From an uncultured delta proteobacterium (lineage in GTDB: Bacteria > Desulfobacterota > Desulfobacteria > Desulfobacterales > UBA2156): a stretch of 64,000 nucleotides of DNA. Where the stretch lies: contig CAVTQK010000015.1 in assembly GCA_963736855.1 (NCBI GenBank), positions 727,345-791,344 on the forward strand. Direction: 5' to 3'. Below are positions 1 to 8,877 of the stretch, piece by piece. The notes beneath the pieces are model-generated. The model was not told the origin of the DNA. It did no database searches and saw only the letters and a list, made by a program, of their open reading frames with translations. The translations under genes and the position numbers were made by a program. How positions within the stretch are numbered: position 1 is the first letter of the stretch; each line of letters starts with the position of its first letter.

Positions 1-812
1 ACCCTGGGATTTCGGGTCGTCTTCGCAAGCCCGTCTATTTCCGAGATCATGGGCATTGCCGAACCGATGGATTTCTCCACATGGTTTATCAATATTCATC
101 CCGAGGAAAAATCCGGATGGTTTGAGATGATCAGAGAGTCCCTCGTCGCCCGGGATTTCAACCAAACTCTGCGACTATATTTTCCTCAAAATAAAGTGCC
201 GCGATGGGTTCAGATGTTTTCTCAGAGCGTGGTAGATCCGAAATCAATACCACCTATGTCAACGGCATATTCATCGATGTCAGCAGGCTGAAAATCGCGG
301 AAAAGGAATTATCGATAAAGACCGCACACCTCGAAGAGCTCAACACCGCCATGAAAGTCCTTCTTCAACGCAGGGACGAAGACAAGAAAGCCATGGAGGA
401 TCGAATTCTCCAAAACGTCAAAATCGGAATCCTGCCACACATCGAAAGACTCCAACGCTCCTCCATGCAAGCTCAACTTCAGGATCATGTGGAAGCCATC
501 AAGACTCAAGTGATGAATGTGGTTTCACCATTTATTCATGAACTCTCATCCCAATACCTGGATCTCACGCCGACGGAAATTCAGATCTCCCAGCATATCA
601 AGGAAGGAAAATCTTCCAAGGAGATTGCCGAACTGATGAGCATCGCCAAGTGCACCGTGGATACCCACAGAAACAACATCCGGAAAAAACTCAACATCCA
701 AAATAGGAAGGAAAACCTCAGATCCCGCCTGATGGCACTCAAAGACCGCCGCGACTTTGAGGGTATTTTGCCGCGCCGCCATTTTTCTCCCCGGGATTTT
801 CCGCTCAATTGA
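1..812 (+). CDS. PAS-domain / LuxR-family HTH transcriptional regulator (5' end outside window, frameshift near 250-290)
   Basis: PAS-like 'IHPEE...RWV' segment in ORF 49..291 continues into ORF 204..812 with coiled coil 'LEELNTAMKVLL' and LuxR HTH 'LTPTEIQISQHIKEGKSSKEIAELMSIAKCTVDTHRNNIRKKLNI'. Confidence 0.85.
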
Positions 813-931
813 TACGTTTTGGCAAACCGGCAAAAACTACGGAATTGTCGATTGAATATACCTATGTGACTGGACCGGGCATGACACCACCGATTTGCGT
901 CCGACCCGTCACGGGCTGCCTCCCGGCGATA

Positions 932-2075
932 CTACGGAGATGGGTCATTGCCGTCGGGATTGATGAGAGCAGCGGAGCCCGAAGTTGGGCCGGAGGGGTT
1001 TATTTGGTTTGCGTGTTTTGGTGGGCGTTTCCGGATGCACCGGTGAGGTATTCGGACAAGGTCTTTGCGGACTGTTTGTAAATGTCCGGTCGGATAAAAT
1101 AGCCGGCCGCCAGGATCAGAAAGATCGCTCCGCGAACACCCGCAACTATTTTATTGTGCAGGTTCTTTTTATCGGTTTTGGCGGTTTGATGTCCGCCAGA
1201 TGTCGGGGTCCGCTGCTCTTTATGCGGCTTCGGGTCCGCTTTTAAATCCGAGCGGTTTTGAGATTGTCCCGGAACGGCCAGGCCCGGCCGCGCATTCTTC
1301 GATGATGTTGGTATTGATTACTTGCACCCCCCGCACAAAGCCGGTCAGAAGCGCATGATCGCACAGCACGTTGATGCGTCGGGGGTATCCCCCGCATACC
1401 CTGAAAAGCGCTTCCAACGCCCCTTGGGAAAAAATTTTACGGTTCTTCACACCGGCGACTCCGATTCGGTATTCCACATATTCCCGGATTTCCGGCCATG
1501 AAAGCGGTTTCAGATTGTAGGTGATGGTGATCCGCTGTAAAAGAAACCTTGTTTTTCGGATCCAGCAGAATGTCGTTAAATTCATTTTGACCGACGAAGA
1601 ATATATTGAGAATTTTGGTTCCATCCTGCTCGAAGTTGGATAATACGCGAATTTCTTCAAGCAGTTTGAAGCTCATCCGCTGGGCTTCGTCGATGATGAG
1701 CAAGACCTTGCGCCCTTTGGAATGGGCATGCCTTAAAAAATTTTCGAAATAGATCAGAAACTGGCCTTTGGTGGCGAATGTTTTGTGGATCCGGAAAGAA
1801 TTGATGATATAGTTGAAAAAATCCATCCGATCCAGCCCGGGATCCGGAATGCTGGCAGTCAGGACATCTTTTCCCAGGCTTTTGAGCAGCGCATGGATCA
1901 GGGTGGTTTTACCGGTGCCGATGTCTCCGGTTAAAAGCAGAAACCCTTTGTTGTCCAGCACCCCGTATTTAAGCACCGCCAGGGCTTCCTGATGCTTTTC
2001 CCCCAGCCACAGGAATTTCGGATCCGAGGAGATGGAAAACGGCTTGGCAGTCAGTTGGTAGTGGTCGAGATACAT
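932..2075 (-). CDS. ExeA/GspA-like AAA ATPase (PEP-CTERM system-associated ATPase type) with C-terminal TM segment; frameshifted
   Basis: N-term 'MYLDHYQLTAKPFSISSDPKFLWLG', Walker A 'GDIGTGKT', Walker B 'LLIIDEAQ', then 'GGYPRRINVLCDHALL' in a second frame; a further minus frame (~1165-932) gives a TM 'AIFLILAAGYFI' plus linker. 3' end uncertain. Confidence 0.8.
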
Positions 2076-2076
2076 G

Positions 2077-2180
2077 GTCAGAAGTCAGAGGGCAGATGCC
2101 AGATGTCAGAGGGCAGAAAAAAAGTACGAAGTTCGAAGTGAGAAAAACAGATGTTAGGTGTCAGGTAGCGGATGTCAGAT
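2077..2180. repeat. Degenerate heptamer tandem repeat (GNCAGAN x6, then GAAGTTCGAAGT and more CAGAT units)
   Basis: gtcagaa gtcagag ggcagat gccagat gtcagag ggcagaa at 2077-2118, exact 7-bp period, 1 bp from the ATPase start codon. Confidence 0.85.
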
Positions 2181-2424
2181 AAAAGACATTCGATGTGAAA
2201 CGTTAGAAGTTTGAACTGTGTGAAATCGGAGATAGATATCTGCATGTTCCGATAGCGAATCCAAGCCCGAATATATAAACCGTTTTAGAGTGCGTAACGA
2301 TTTTTTGAAGCTTATCAATAGATATGCAATACGTCAAGCTACGTCGCTTCATCTCGGCTGGAAAAAGGCTCTGGACGAAAAATTGTATTAGGGAGAGAAT
2401 CCGAGCGAGGGTAAGTGTCAGCGT

Positions 2425-3221
2425 CTAGGACGTCGATCCTTCCTGCCTGTTTTTCCGGAAACGGCCCAAAGCGAGCCCGATCACCCCGGTTCCCAGAAGA
2501 ATCATTGTGGCCGGTTCAGGGGCGGAAGTGCTGCCGCCGTCGTGTGAATAAGGGGTTTTGACATACTGAAAATTGCCGTTTTGTCTGATATAGTGATCAT
2601 AAGCGATGAGATTCACATAGTCATAACCGCTGACATCGATATGAAATATCTTGACCATCCCTGAGTGGTATCCTCGAATTCTCCGGGGAAATAGTTGTTC
2701 ACATCGTATGAAGGCGTGAAATCCCCGATGAAGTACTCGTAGAAATCCGTCGGGAATATGCCGCCGCCCGGAAGCGGCGACCCGCCCCCGTCCAACGGAA
2801 TACCGTAATCGAACGCGTATAAGTCAGGATCGGGATTTAATGCCCCTTCGTAAAGATCCCGGTAGGCTGAATATGACAGCCCCCCGGACTCGCTCATGAC
2901 CAGCGGTTCGGTATCCAATGTGCCATAGTTGCAGTTGTGAATTTTCCCAGGAAATGGTTATGGATCCGTCCTTGCCTTCTCCCGACCCTTCCGGGACGGC
3001 GAAAGCGATTCACGTTCCATAACCTGATTCGCCCCGATCACCCACAAATCGTAACTGGTACCCGGAACGATCCAGGTTTGAGTACTTTCTTCGTAATAGG
3101 CATCAGGACTCCACATTTGCAGCATCGGAACGGCCCAAGCACCACTTGATACCACAGCCACAAATAAAATCGCGCCGAAAAGCGCCATAAAATGATGTTT
3201 CATGACATTATTCTTAAACAT
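2425..3221 (-). CDS. PEP-CTERM sorting-domain protein, choice-of-anchor N-like; split by two frameshifts
   Basis: Signal peptide + 'VPMLQMWSPDAYYEESTQTWIV' (2958..3221), 'GIFPTDFYEYFIGDF' (2613..2918), 'PYSHDG...APEPATMILLGTGVIGLALGRFRK' (2425..2658): PEP motif, TM helix, basic tail. Confidence 0.85.
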
Positions 3222-3280
3222 ATTTACCTCGATAATATGATTTGACTCGGATGCTTCCCATATCTCAATCTAAAAATTAA

Positions 3281-3410
3281 AGCAAAAATCATGCTCAAAT
3301 GTTTAGAATCTTAAAAATCGTGTAAAATCAAACGATTGTAATCCAGGCTGGCAAATACCAAATGGAAATTGTGAAGTATATGTAAGAGTGTTTATGTACT
3401 TTATTTCACA
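3281..3410 (-). promoter_or_regulatory. Putative sigma54 promoter with IHF site and upstream enhancer for the PEP-CTERM gene
   Basis: Minus strand 3297-3281 TGAGCATGATTTTTGCT (one base from TGGCATGNNNNTTGCT); exact IHF consensus AATCAAACGATTG at 3326-3338; TGT-N10-ACA at 3395-3410. Confidence 0.6.
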
Positions 3411-3437
3411 CCCGGCCCCTTGAACCCTTTCATTTTT

Positions 3438-3574
3438 TACTTTTTTCCTGCCCTCCGCCTTCTGTTCCTGCTTTCCCGTTCTTCATTCTTTCTACCATCT
3501 TTTCTTAAAACTTCGAACTTTTCAAATTTCCTCATTCCACAACTTCGAACTTGTAACTTATAACTTCGAACTTC
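3438..3574. repeat. Degenerate heptamer repeat block (AACTTNN x5; CTGCCCTC element)
   Basis: aacttcg aacttgt aacttat aacttcg aacttc at 3541-3574, next to the acyltransferase stop; 3438-3464 is the reverse complement of 2100-2126 at 23/27. Confidence 0.85.
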
Positions 3575-3575
3575 T

Positions 3576-4295
3576 TCACGGATGGTACCTCGCCTCCAGA
3601 CCTTGCAGCAGCATCCGCAGGGTCGTGGGGTAACGCTCCTTCAGAATCAGCTCCATCTCCGCTACTTCCCCCATGTAGGGAATCCGGGTGCCGTGGTATT
3701 CCACAGGATCTCCGATCTGTTTGAAGTAGATCCCGAAGTTTCTTAACGCATAGTAGAGCTTCTGCTTGGTGATCATATACATGTGGGTGATGCCGCGTCT
3801 TTTGGCTTCGCGGTACATCACCTGGAAAGGCCCAGCACGATGACCGGCCGCTCCCGGCGGATGATTTTCGGCGGACTCCCGTTATCCGGCAGGATCCCCC
3901 CTTCGGAGCGCTTCAGATAGGATTCCACGCCGAAGATTCCGTCTTCCTGCCGCCGCCGAAAGGTCCGGCTCACCGCCAGTCTGGAAATTTCCGACGTCTG
4001 ATCCGGGGGAGGAGGCTTATAGCCGTTGAAGTTCAGGTGGGCCGCATGCTCGATGGGGAAACCTTTTACTGAGTTGAAAATCATCCGGATGGTGCCGATG
4101 ACCTGGCCGTTTGTGTCGGTGGCTGCAAAATGAATCGAATACGGATCGTACGGATCTTTTCCATTCCTAAGGATGGTCTTCAGGCTTTTCGAATCCGAAC
4201 TCATTTACATAGATTTCATACCGAAGGCGATAAAGCTCCTGCAGCAATGCTTCGGATTCCACCCGGTCGAATGTAAATCTGCCGTAGGTGATCAT
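3576..4295 (-). CDS. PEP-CTERM/exosortase-associated acyltransferase (FeeM-type N-acyl amino acid synthase, GNAT fold); frameshifted
   Basis: Reconstructed start ATG at 4295 after a GGAGG RBS: 'MITYGRFTF...LYRLRYEIYVNEFGFEKPEDHP', then 'DPYDPYSIHFAA...GTIRMI...FPIE...EISRLAVSRTFRRRQEDG', then 'GITHMY...GIYFKQIGDPVEYHGTRIPY'. Confidence 0.9.
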
Positions 4296-4421
4296 CGGTC
4301 CCCCTCCTTCAACCAAACGCCCTCAGAGCAAACCCCTTGCGCCTGGTTTCCGCTATTTTGCTTGCATTTTTCGCCCGTTTATTCTACAAACACAAATAGA
4401 AACGCATTATCGGATACTATT

Positions 4422-5240
4422 ATGTTTGCCTCAAAAAGAAAAAAATATCAACATTTATTATGCATCGTACTCTTTTTTTTACTCTTCCCCCCCATTGCTG
4501 ATGCTTCAGATAAACCCAGCCCGGCCGCGGCGGTATCCCTTTCCGGAAAAGATGTCGCCACGCAGGTCTATTATCGCGAAAACGGGGAAAGCGCTTCGGG
4601 CGCCATACAGATGATACTCATCGACGCTGCGGGATCCGAACGGTTACGCGAATTTCAGTTTTTCCGAAAAGACGCCGGCCCCCTCTCCAAGAACCTCACC
4701 CGTTTCACGGAACCCCCGGATATTCGGGGAACCGCTTTCCTTTCCATCGAAAAATCCGAAGGCGAAACCGAACAATTTCTTTTTTTGCCGTCGCTGCGCC
4801 GCACTCGTCGGATCATCGCTTCCCAAAGGGACACCGTTTCGTGAACAGCGACTTTACATATGAGGACATGGAGCGGCGCCCGGTGGAAAAATTCGGCCAC
4901 CAAATCACCGGCGAAACCCAGCGGGACGCCATCACCTGCCAGATCCTGGAAAGCATCCCCTGAAAACAAAGCCGACTCGCAGTACGGCCTCATCCAGAGC
5001 TTCATCAACAAGACCGATTTCATGCCGATTCAGGTCGATTTTTTCGACATGTCCGGAAAGCGCGTTAAAATTTATCGCGTCCTTGAAGTTAAAACGATCC
5101 AGGGGATTCCCACGGAAACGCAGGTCGCCATGGAAGACCTCGTACAAAAACACAAGACTGTTTTGAAAGTCCTGAGCCTTTCTTATAACACCCGCCTCGA
5201 AGACGCTTTGTTTACGCAGCACAAAATGGAAAACTGGTAG
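4422..5240 (+). CDS. Outer-membrane lipoprotein-sorting (LolA-like) periplasmic protein; frameshifted
   Basis: Signal peptide, 'FTEPPDIRGTAFL...EQFLFLPSLRRTRRI', 'FVNSDFTYEDM', C-term 'YNTRLEDALFT'. Confidence 0.85.
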
Positions 5241-5247
5241 CAAAATC

Positions 5248-5688
5248 ATGAAAACCGCGGTTCTGTTCGATTCCGCTTCTAGATGCTTTTCCCTTATGCT
5301 GCTCTTTCTCAGGAAAATGAAAGCCCCTTTCGTTTCAGCGGGTTCATCCGGGCTCGCGGAGACACCGACATCGAAGAAAGCGAGGCGGCCGAGCAGATGC
5401 GATCGTTTCGAAACATCGCCCGTCTGCAGGGGAAGTGGCGCCCCGCCGGAGACGATTCCATGCACCTGCTCGCCTCGGTGGAGTCGAATTTTTTGTGGTT
5501 CGGCCCGGATCCGGAGCACGACGAATATGACTTCGATCTTTTCGAAGGATACCTCTTTTCACTGCCGCGGCCCCTTTGACATGACTCTGGGAAAGCAGAT
5601 CGTTCGTTGGGGAAAAAACGACGAGATCAGCCCGTCGATTTTCTCAACTCGCAGGATCTTCGCGAGTTTTTTATCTATGAATACGCTG
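5248..5688 (+). CDS. 5' fragment of an outer-membrane beta-barrel protein (DUF1302-like), truncated
   Basis: 'FRFSGFIRARG...DLFEGYL...DMTLGKQIVRWGKNDEISPVDFLNSQDLREF' across frames, then runs into the antisense of the MMPL gene. Confidence 0.65.
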
Positions 5689-6718
5689 CGATCCAGGCAA
5701 ACTCCCGGATAGGCGGGATCCGGCTCACCGCCAGCGATGCAAACCCCACCGCCGTAGTCAGCGTCGTTAAAAAACATGGGAGTTCCACCTGTCGGATTAC
5801 CTCGGCAAGGGCTGCTTCCTTGCTTCCGAAGCGGATGAGCATCCGGCGATCCAGGTGGGAAAAAATGTGCACCGTATCGCACAAGGCGAGCGCCATTACC
5901 AGCGGTATCACCACGATGGTCACGTTGTGAGGGCAACCCCGGTCATCCCCATGAATCCCCGGGTCGCCCGCACGCACGCCGAAATATTGATCACCGCAAG
6001 CAAGGTGACGAGTCTTCCTGAAGAAAAACCACACCGTCAGCGTAATGAAAAGATAGGTCACCGGCACAAAGGTCGTCATGTCTTTTTTTAAATATTGGCT
6101 TAAGCTTAGATTGGTAACGGTCCAGCCGGCCAGGTGAAACGTTCCGGCCTTTTTTTCGTATTCGGATAAAATGTTTCGGGTTTTTTCAATGAGGCGCTTA
6201 CGGTAATCTCCATCCTCGGGCCGGTCGGCCGTTTCCACCACGATGGCCGCCGTCTTGCCGTCCGGGGAGATCAGGTTTTTCAGATAAAGCGCATTTCCCA
6301 GGGCACGGGCTTTAAGTTCGGCAAGGCTTTCTTTGTCTTTCGGGATCTCTTCCAGGAAACGCCGGACCTCGAAATAGTCCTCGCCTCCCACAATATCTTC
6401 CACATTGGCAAGGCTTCTGACTTTTTCCGCTTCTTCAAGTTTTTCCAGGTCCGTGGTGATATCCCGAAGGAGCCCGAGATTTTCCGCCGTAAAAAGATTG
6501 TCCGTTTCAAAGGCGATGACGAAGAACTCGTCGTTTCCGAAGACCCGTTTGAATTCCTCGTAGAAGGCCGCCGCGGGATCATCTTCTAAGCGGAAGTAAT
6601 CCACGTTGTCCACGGTGCGCACAAACGGATTGAATTCCGAGAATACAGTCCCGAACAGCACGGATAAAACCAGCCACATTCGCGGCCTCCGCGTCACCCC
6701 GGAAAGATCCATTTTCAT
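5688..6718 (-). CDS. MMPL/RND-family transporter, N-terminal half only (truncated)
   Basis: TM1, periplasmic loop 'FKRVFGNDE...LKNLISPDGKTAAI', TM bundle ending 'PCFLTTLTTAVGFASLAVSRIPPIREFA'; second repeat absent; GAGGAG RBS upstream. Confidence 0.85.
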
Positions 6719-6817
6719 CTTCTGCGGTCTCCTCGTTTCAAACCCCTATATCACATCCACAAAAACCCCGAAACGACATTTCGTCCGCGGCGGGACTTAT
6801 CCTCCCTTCTCCGCTCT

Positions 6818-7113
6818 TTCTGCCATCTGCTATTCGAACTTCGAAATGATCACTTCGAACTCCTTTTCCTGCCCTCTGTCTGCATTTCCTTACCCTGTTT
6901 TCGCTATCCTTTCGCCAAACCATCACCAGACACCAGGATACCAGGATGCCTCCCAACCATACCGACGACCCGAATTCCGAATCTCTGGCATCTTATTTCT
7001 GCCATCTGCCATCTGTCATATGCTCTTCAACTTCGAAATTATCACTTCAAGCTCGGGACTTCTAAAATGCCTTTTTCCACAACTTATCACTTCGAACTTC
7101 GAACTTCGAACTT
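6818..7113. repeat. Degenerate heptamer repeat block (ACTTCGA and TCTGCCA units)
   Basis: ACTTCGA x3 at 7089-7109; 20-mer aacttcgaaat(g/t)atcacttc at 6837-6856 and 7029-7048; tctgcca units near 6819 and 6998. Confidence 0.85.
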
Positions 7114-7645
7114 TCTTAAAGAGGCCTTCTCCCGCAATATCGGCCTTTTCACCCGGCTGAACAGGAAACCCTCCTTCGCTCCAAAGTCGCCATCCCCGGG
7201 AATGGGCGGAGTCGGTGGAACCCATCTTCTCACCCTCACCCGCACCGGCATCGGCGCTTTTCACATCGCGGATTTCGACATCTTCGAACCAGCCAACATC
7301 AACCGCCAGGCCGGCGCATCGGTGAACACCTTCGGCCGAAAAAAACTTGACGTCATGAAAGAACAGGCCTTAGCCATCAACCCTTACTTGAACATCGCGG
7401 AATTCCCCGAAGGCATCCATGAGCAAAACATCGACGCCTTTCTGGACGGCGTCCAGGTGGTGGTGGATGGCCTCGACTTTTTCTCCTTTGACACCCGGCG
7501 CCTGCTCTTCACCAGGGCCCAGGAAAAGGCGCCTACGTGGTCACCGCCGGCCCCATGGGCTACAGCGCCGCCCTCCTCGTCTTTTCCCCTAACGAAGGCA
7601 TGACCTTCGACGACTATTTTGCCGTTACAAAAGACATGCCCCCGA
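7113..7645 (+). CDS. ThiF/MoeB/E1-family adenylyltransferase, fragment (no clear start, 3' end cut at the GC junction)
   Basis: 'EAFSRNIGL', 'PGMGGVGG', 'ADFDIFEPANINRQ', 'VVDGLDFF', then 'VVTAGPMGYSAALLVF...MTFDDYF' in a shifted frame. Confidence 0.85.
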
Positions 7646-7647
7646 AC

Positions 7648-7991
7648 CCCCGCCCGGCTTCGAGATGGAGTCGGTGCAGCTCGTCCTGCTGATGCGGGCG
7701 CCGAGCTGGAAGAAGCTCCCCGACGCGGAGGCGGCGGCCCTCCAGAAGCAGCACATCGGCCACCTCACGGCCATGGGCGAGGCGGGAAAGATGGTCGTGG
7801 CCGGCCCGTTCTCCGACCAGGCCGACCCGGCCTACCGGGGCGTCTGCATCTACCGGGTCGGCTCGGTCGCCGAGGCACGCGCCCTCGCCGAGCAGGATCC
7901 TGCGGTGAAGGCGGGCCAGCTGCGGGTCGAGGCCATGACCTGGTGGTACGGCAAGGGCTACATGACCTTTCCGAAGGCGGTGGCGCCCTAG
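7648..7991 (+). CDS. YCII-related protein (5' end lost at junction)
   Basis: 'HIGHL...GKMVVAGPF...AEQDPAVKAG' YCII motifs. Confidence 0.8.
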
Positions 7992-8877
7992 CGAGGCCTG
8001 ACCCGCGCCTCCGTGTCGGCGCGGGAGAGCCGGGCCAGGCCTGCCAGTCGAACCGCCCTCCCCCACCCCACCGCCGCCGCGGCGAGCTGGGCGAGGAGGA
8101 CGCCGGCCACGACGGCCCAGCGCGGGCCGGCCGGCAGCCGCTCCCGGATGGCCATCAGCGACGAGCCCCAGCACCGGACCGGCCAGCGCGCCCGCCAGGC
8201 CGATGGAGAGCGCGTGGAGCGGCCGGCGCAGGACCAGCCAGGTCCCGGAGAGCCAGGCCTTGAAGGCGCTGCGCCGGTCGGGGCGCGACGCCATGCGCGC
8301 GCGGCCGGCGTCGAGGGTCAGGTGCGCGACGAGGAGGAGCGCGACGGCGGCCACGAGCGTCCAGCGCTCCCGGGAGGCGGCCGCGGCCTCGGTGACCATC
8401 CGCTCGACGGCCCGATCGGTGCCCTTCCGGAGCGCGACGGCCGCGGCGGCGGCGATGCCCAGGGGGATCGCCCCGACGATCACCATGCGGAACATCCGGC
8501 CGTAGAACCGGCCGGCGCCGGTGAGGAGCGGACGGAAGTGGAGCGGGTGGTCCGAGCCCGCCTCGGCGAGCATCGCACCGGTGAGGGCCGGCGCGAAGAA
8601 GAGGGCGACCACGAGCGAGCTCGCCATCCAGCCGGGGATGGCCTGCCCATGCGGGCTCTCCGAGAGCGCCCGGGCCAGGTCCGGGAGCCACGACGCCTCG
8701 AGTCCCCAGGTGAGCAGCGCGGCGCGCGGCGCGCGGTCGAGAAGCCCGGAGAGGAATCTCCAGATCGGCAGCGGTGGCGATCGCGGCCGGCACCGCGGAG
8801 AGGAGCACGCACAGGAGGACGAGCCGCCACCGGGTGGCCCGCCGGAAGCCCGTGCGGATCGACTCGCCGATGGTCAC
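7988..8877 (-). CDS. Multi-pass membrane protein, translationally coupled to the M1 peptidase; frameshifted
   Basis: GTG start overlaps the peptidase TGA (GTGA); several hydrophobic helices in ORFs 8155..9396 and 7614..8627; reconstructed end 'ADTEARVRPR*'. Confidence 0.65.

Noticed and set aside
818..850. GGCAAACC...CAAAAACTACGG resembling a c-di-GMP-I riboswitch
   Set aside because: The P2 stem with GAAA tetraloop and the closing P1 are missing, and no plus-strand gene follows
809..1245. Plus-strand ORFs 809..1081 and 985..1245
   Set aside because: Antisense to the frameshifted C-terminal part of the ExeA-like ATPase; no recognisable features
2077..7113. Heptamer tracts as CRISPR arrays or IS ends
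   Set aside because: No constant-length repeat/spacer pattern, and no cas or transposase genes
1..7645. Low-GC block as a genomic island or prophage
   Set aside because: No integrase, att site, tRNA or phage genes; the boundary cuts genes on both sides, which fits a chimera better
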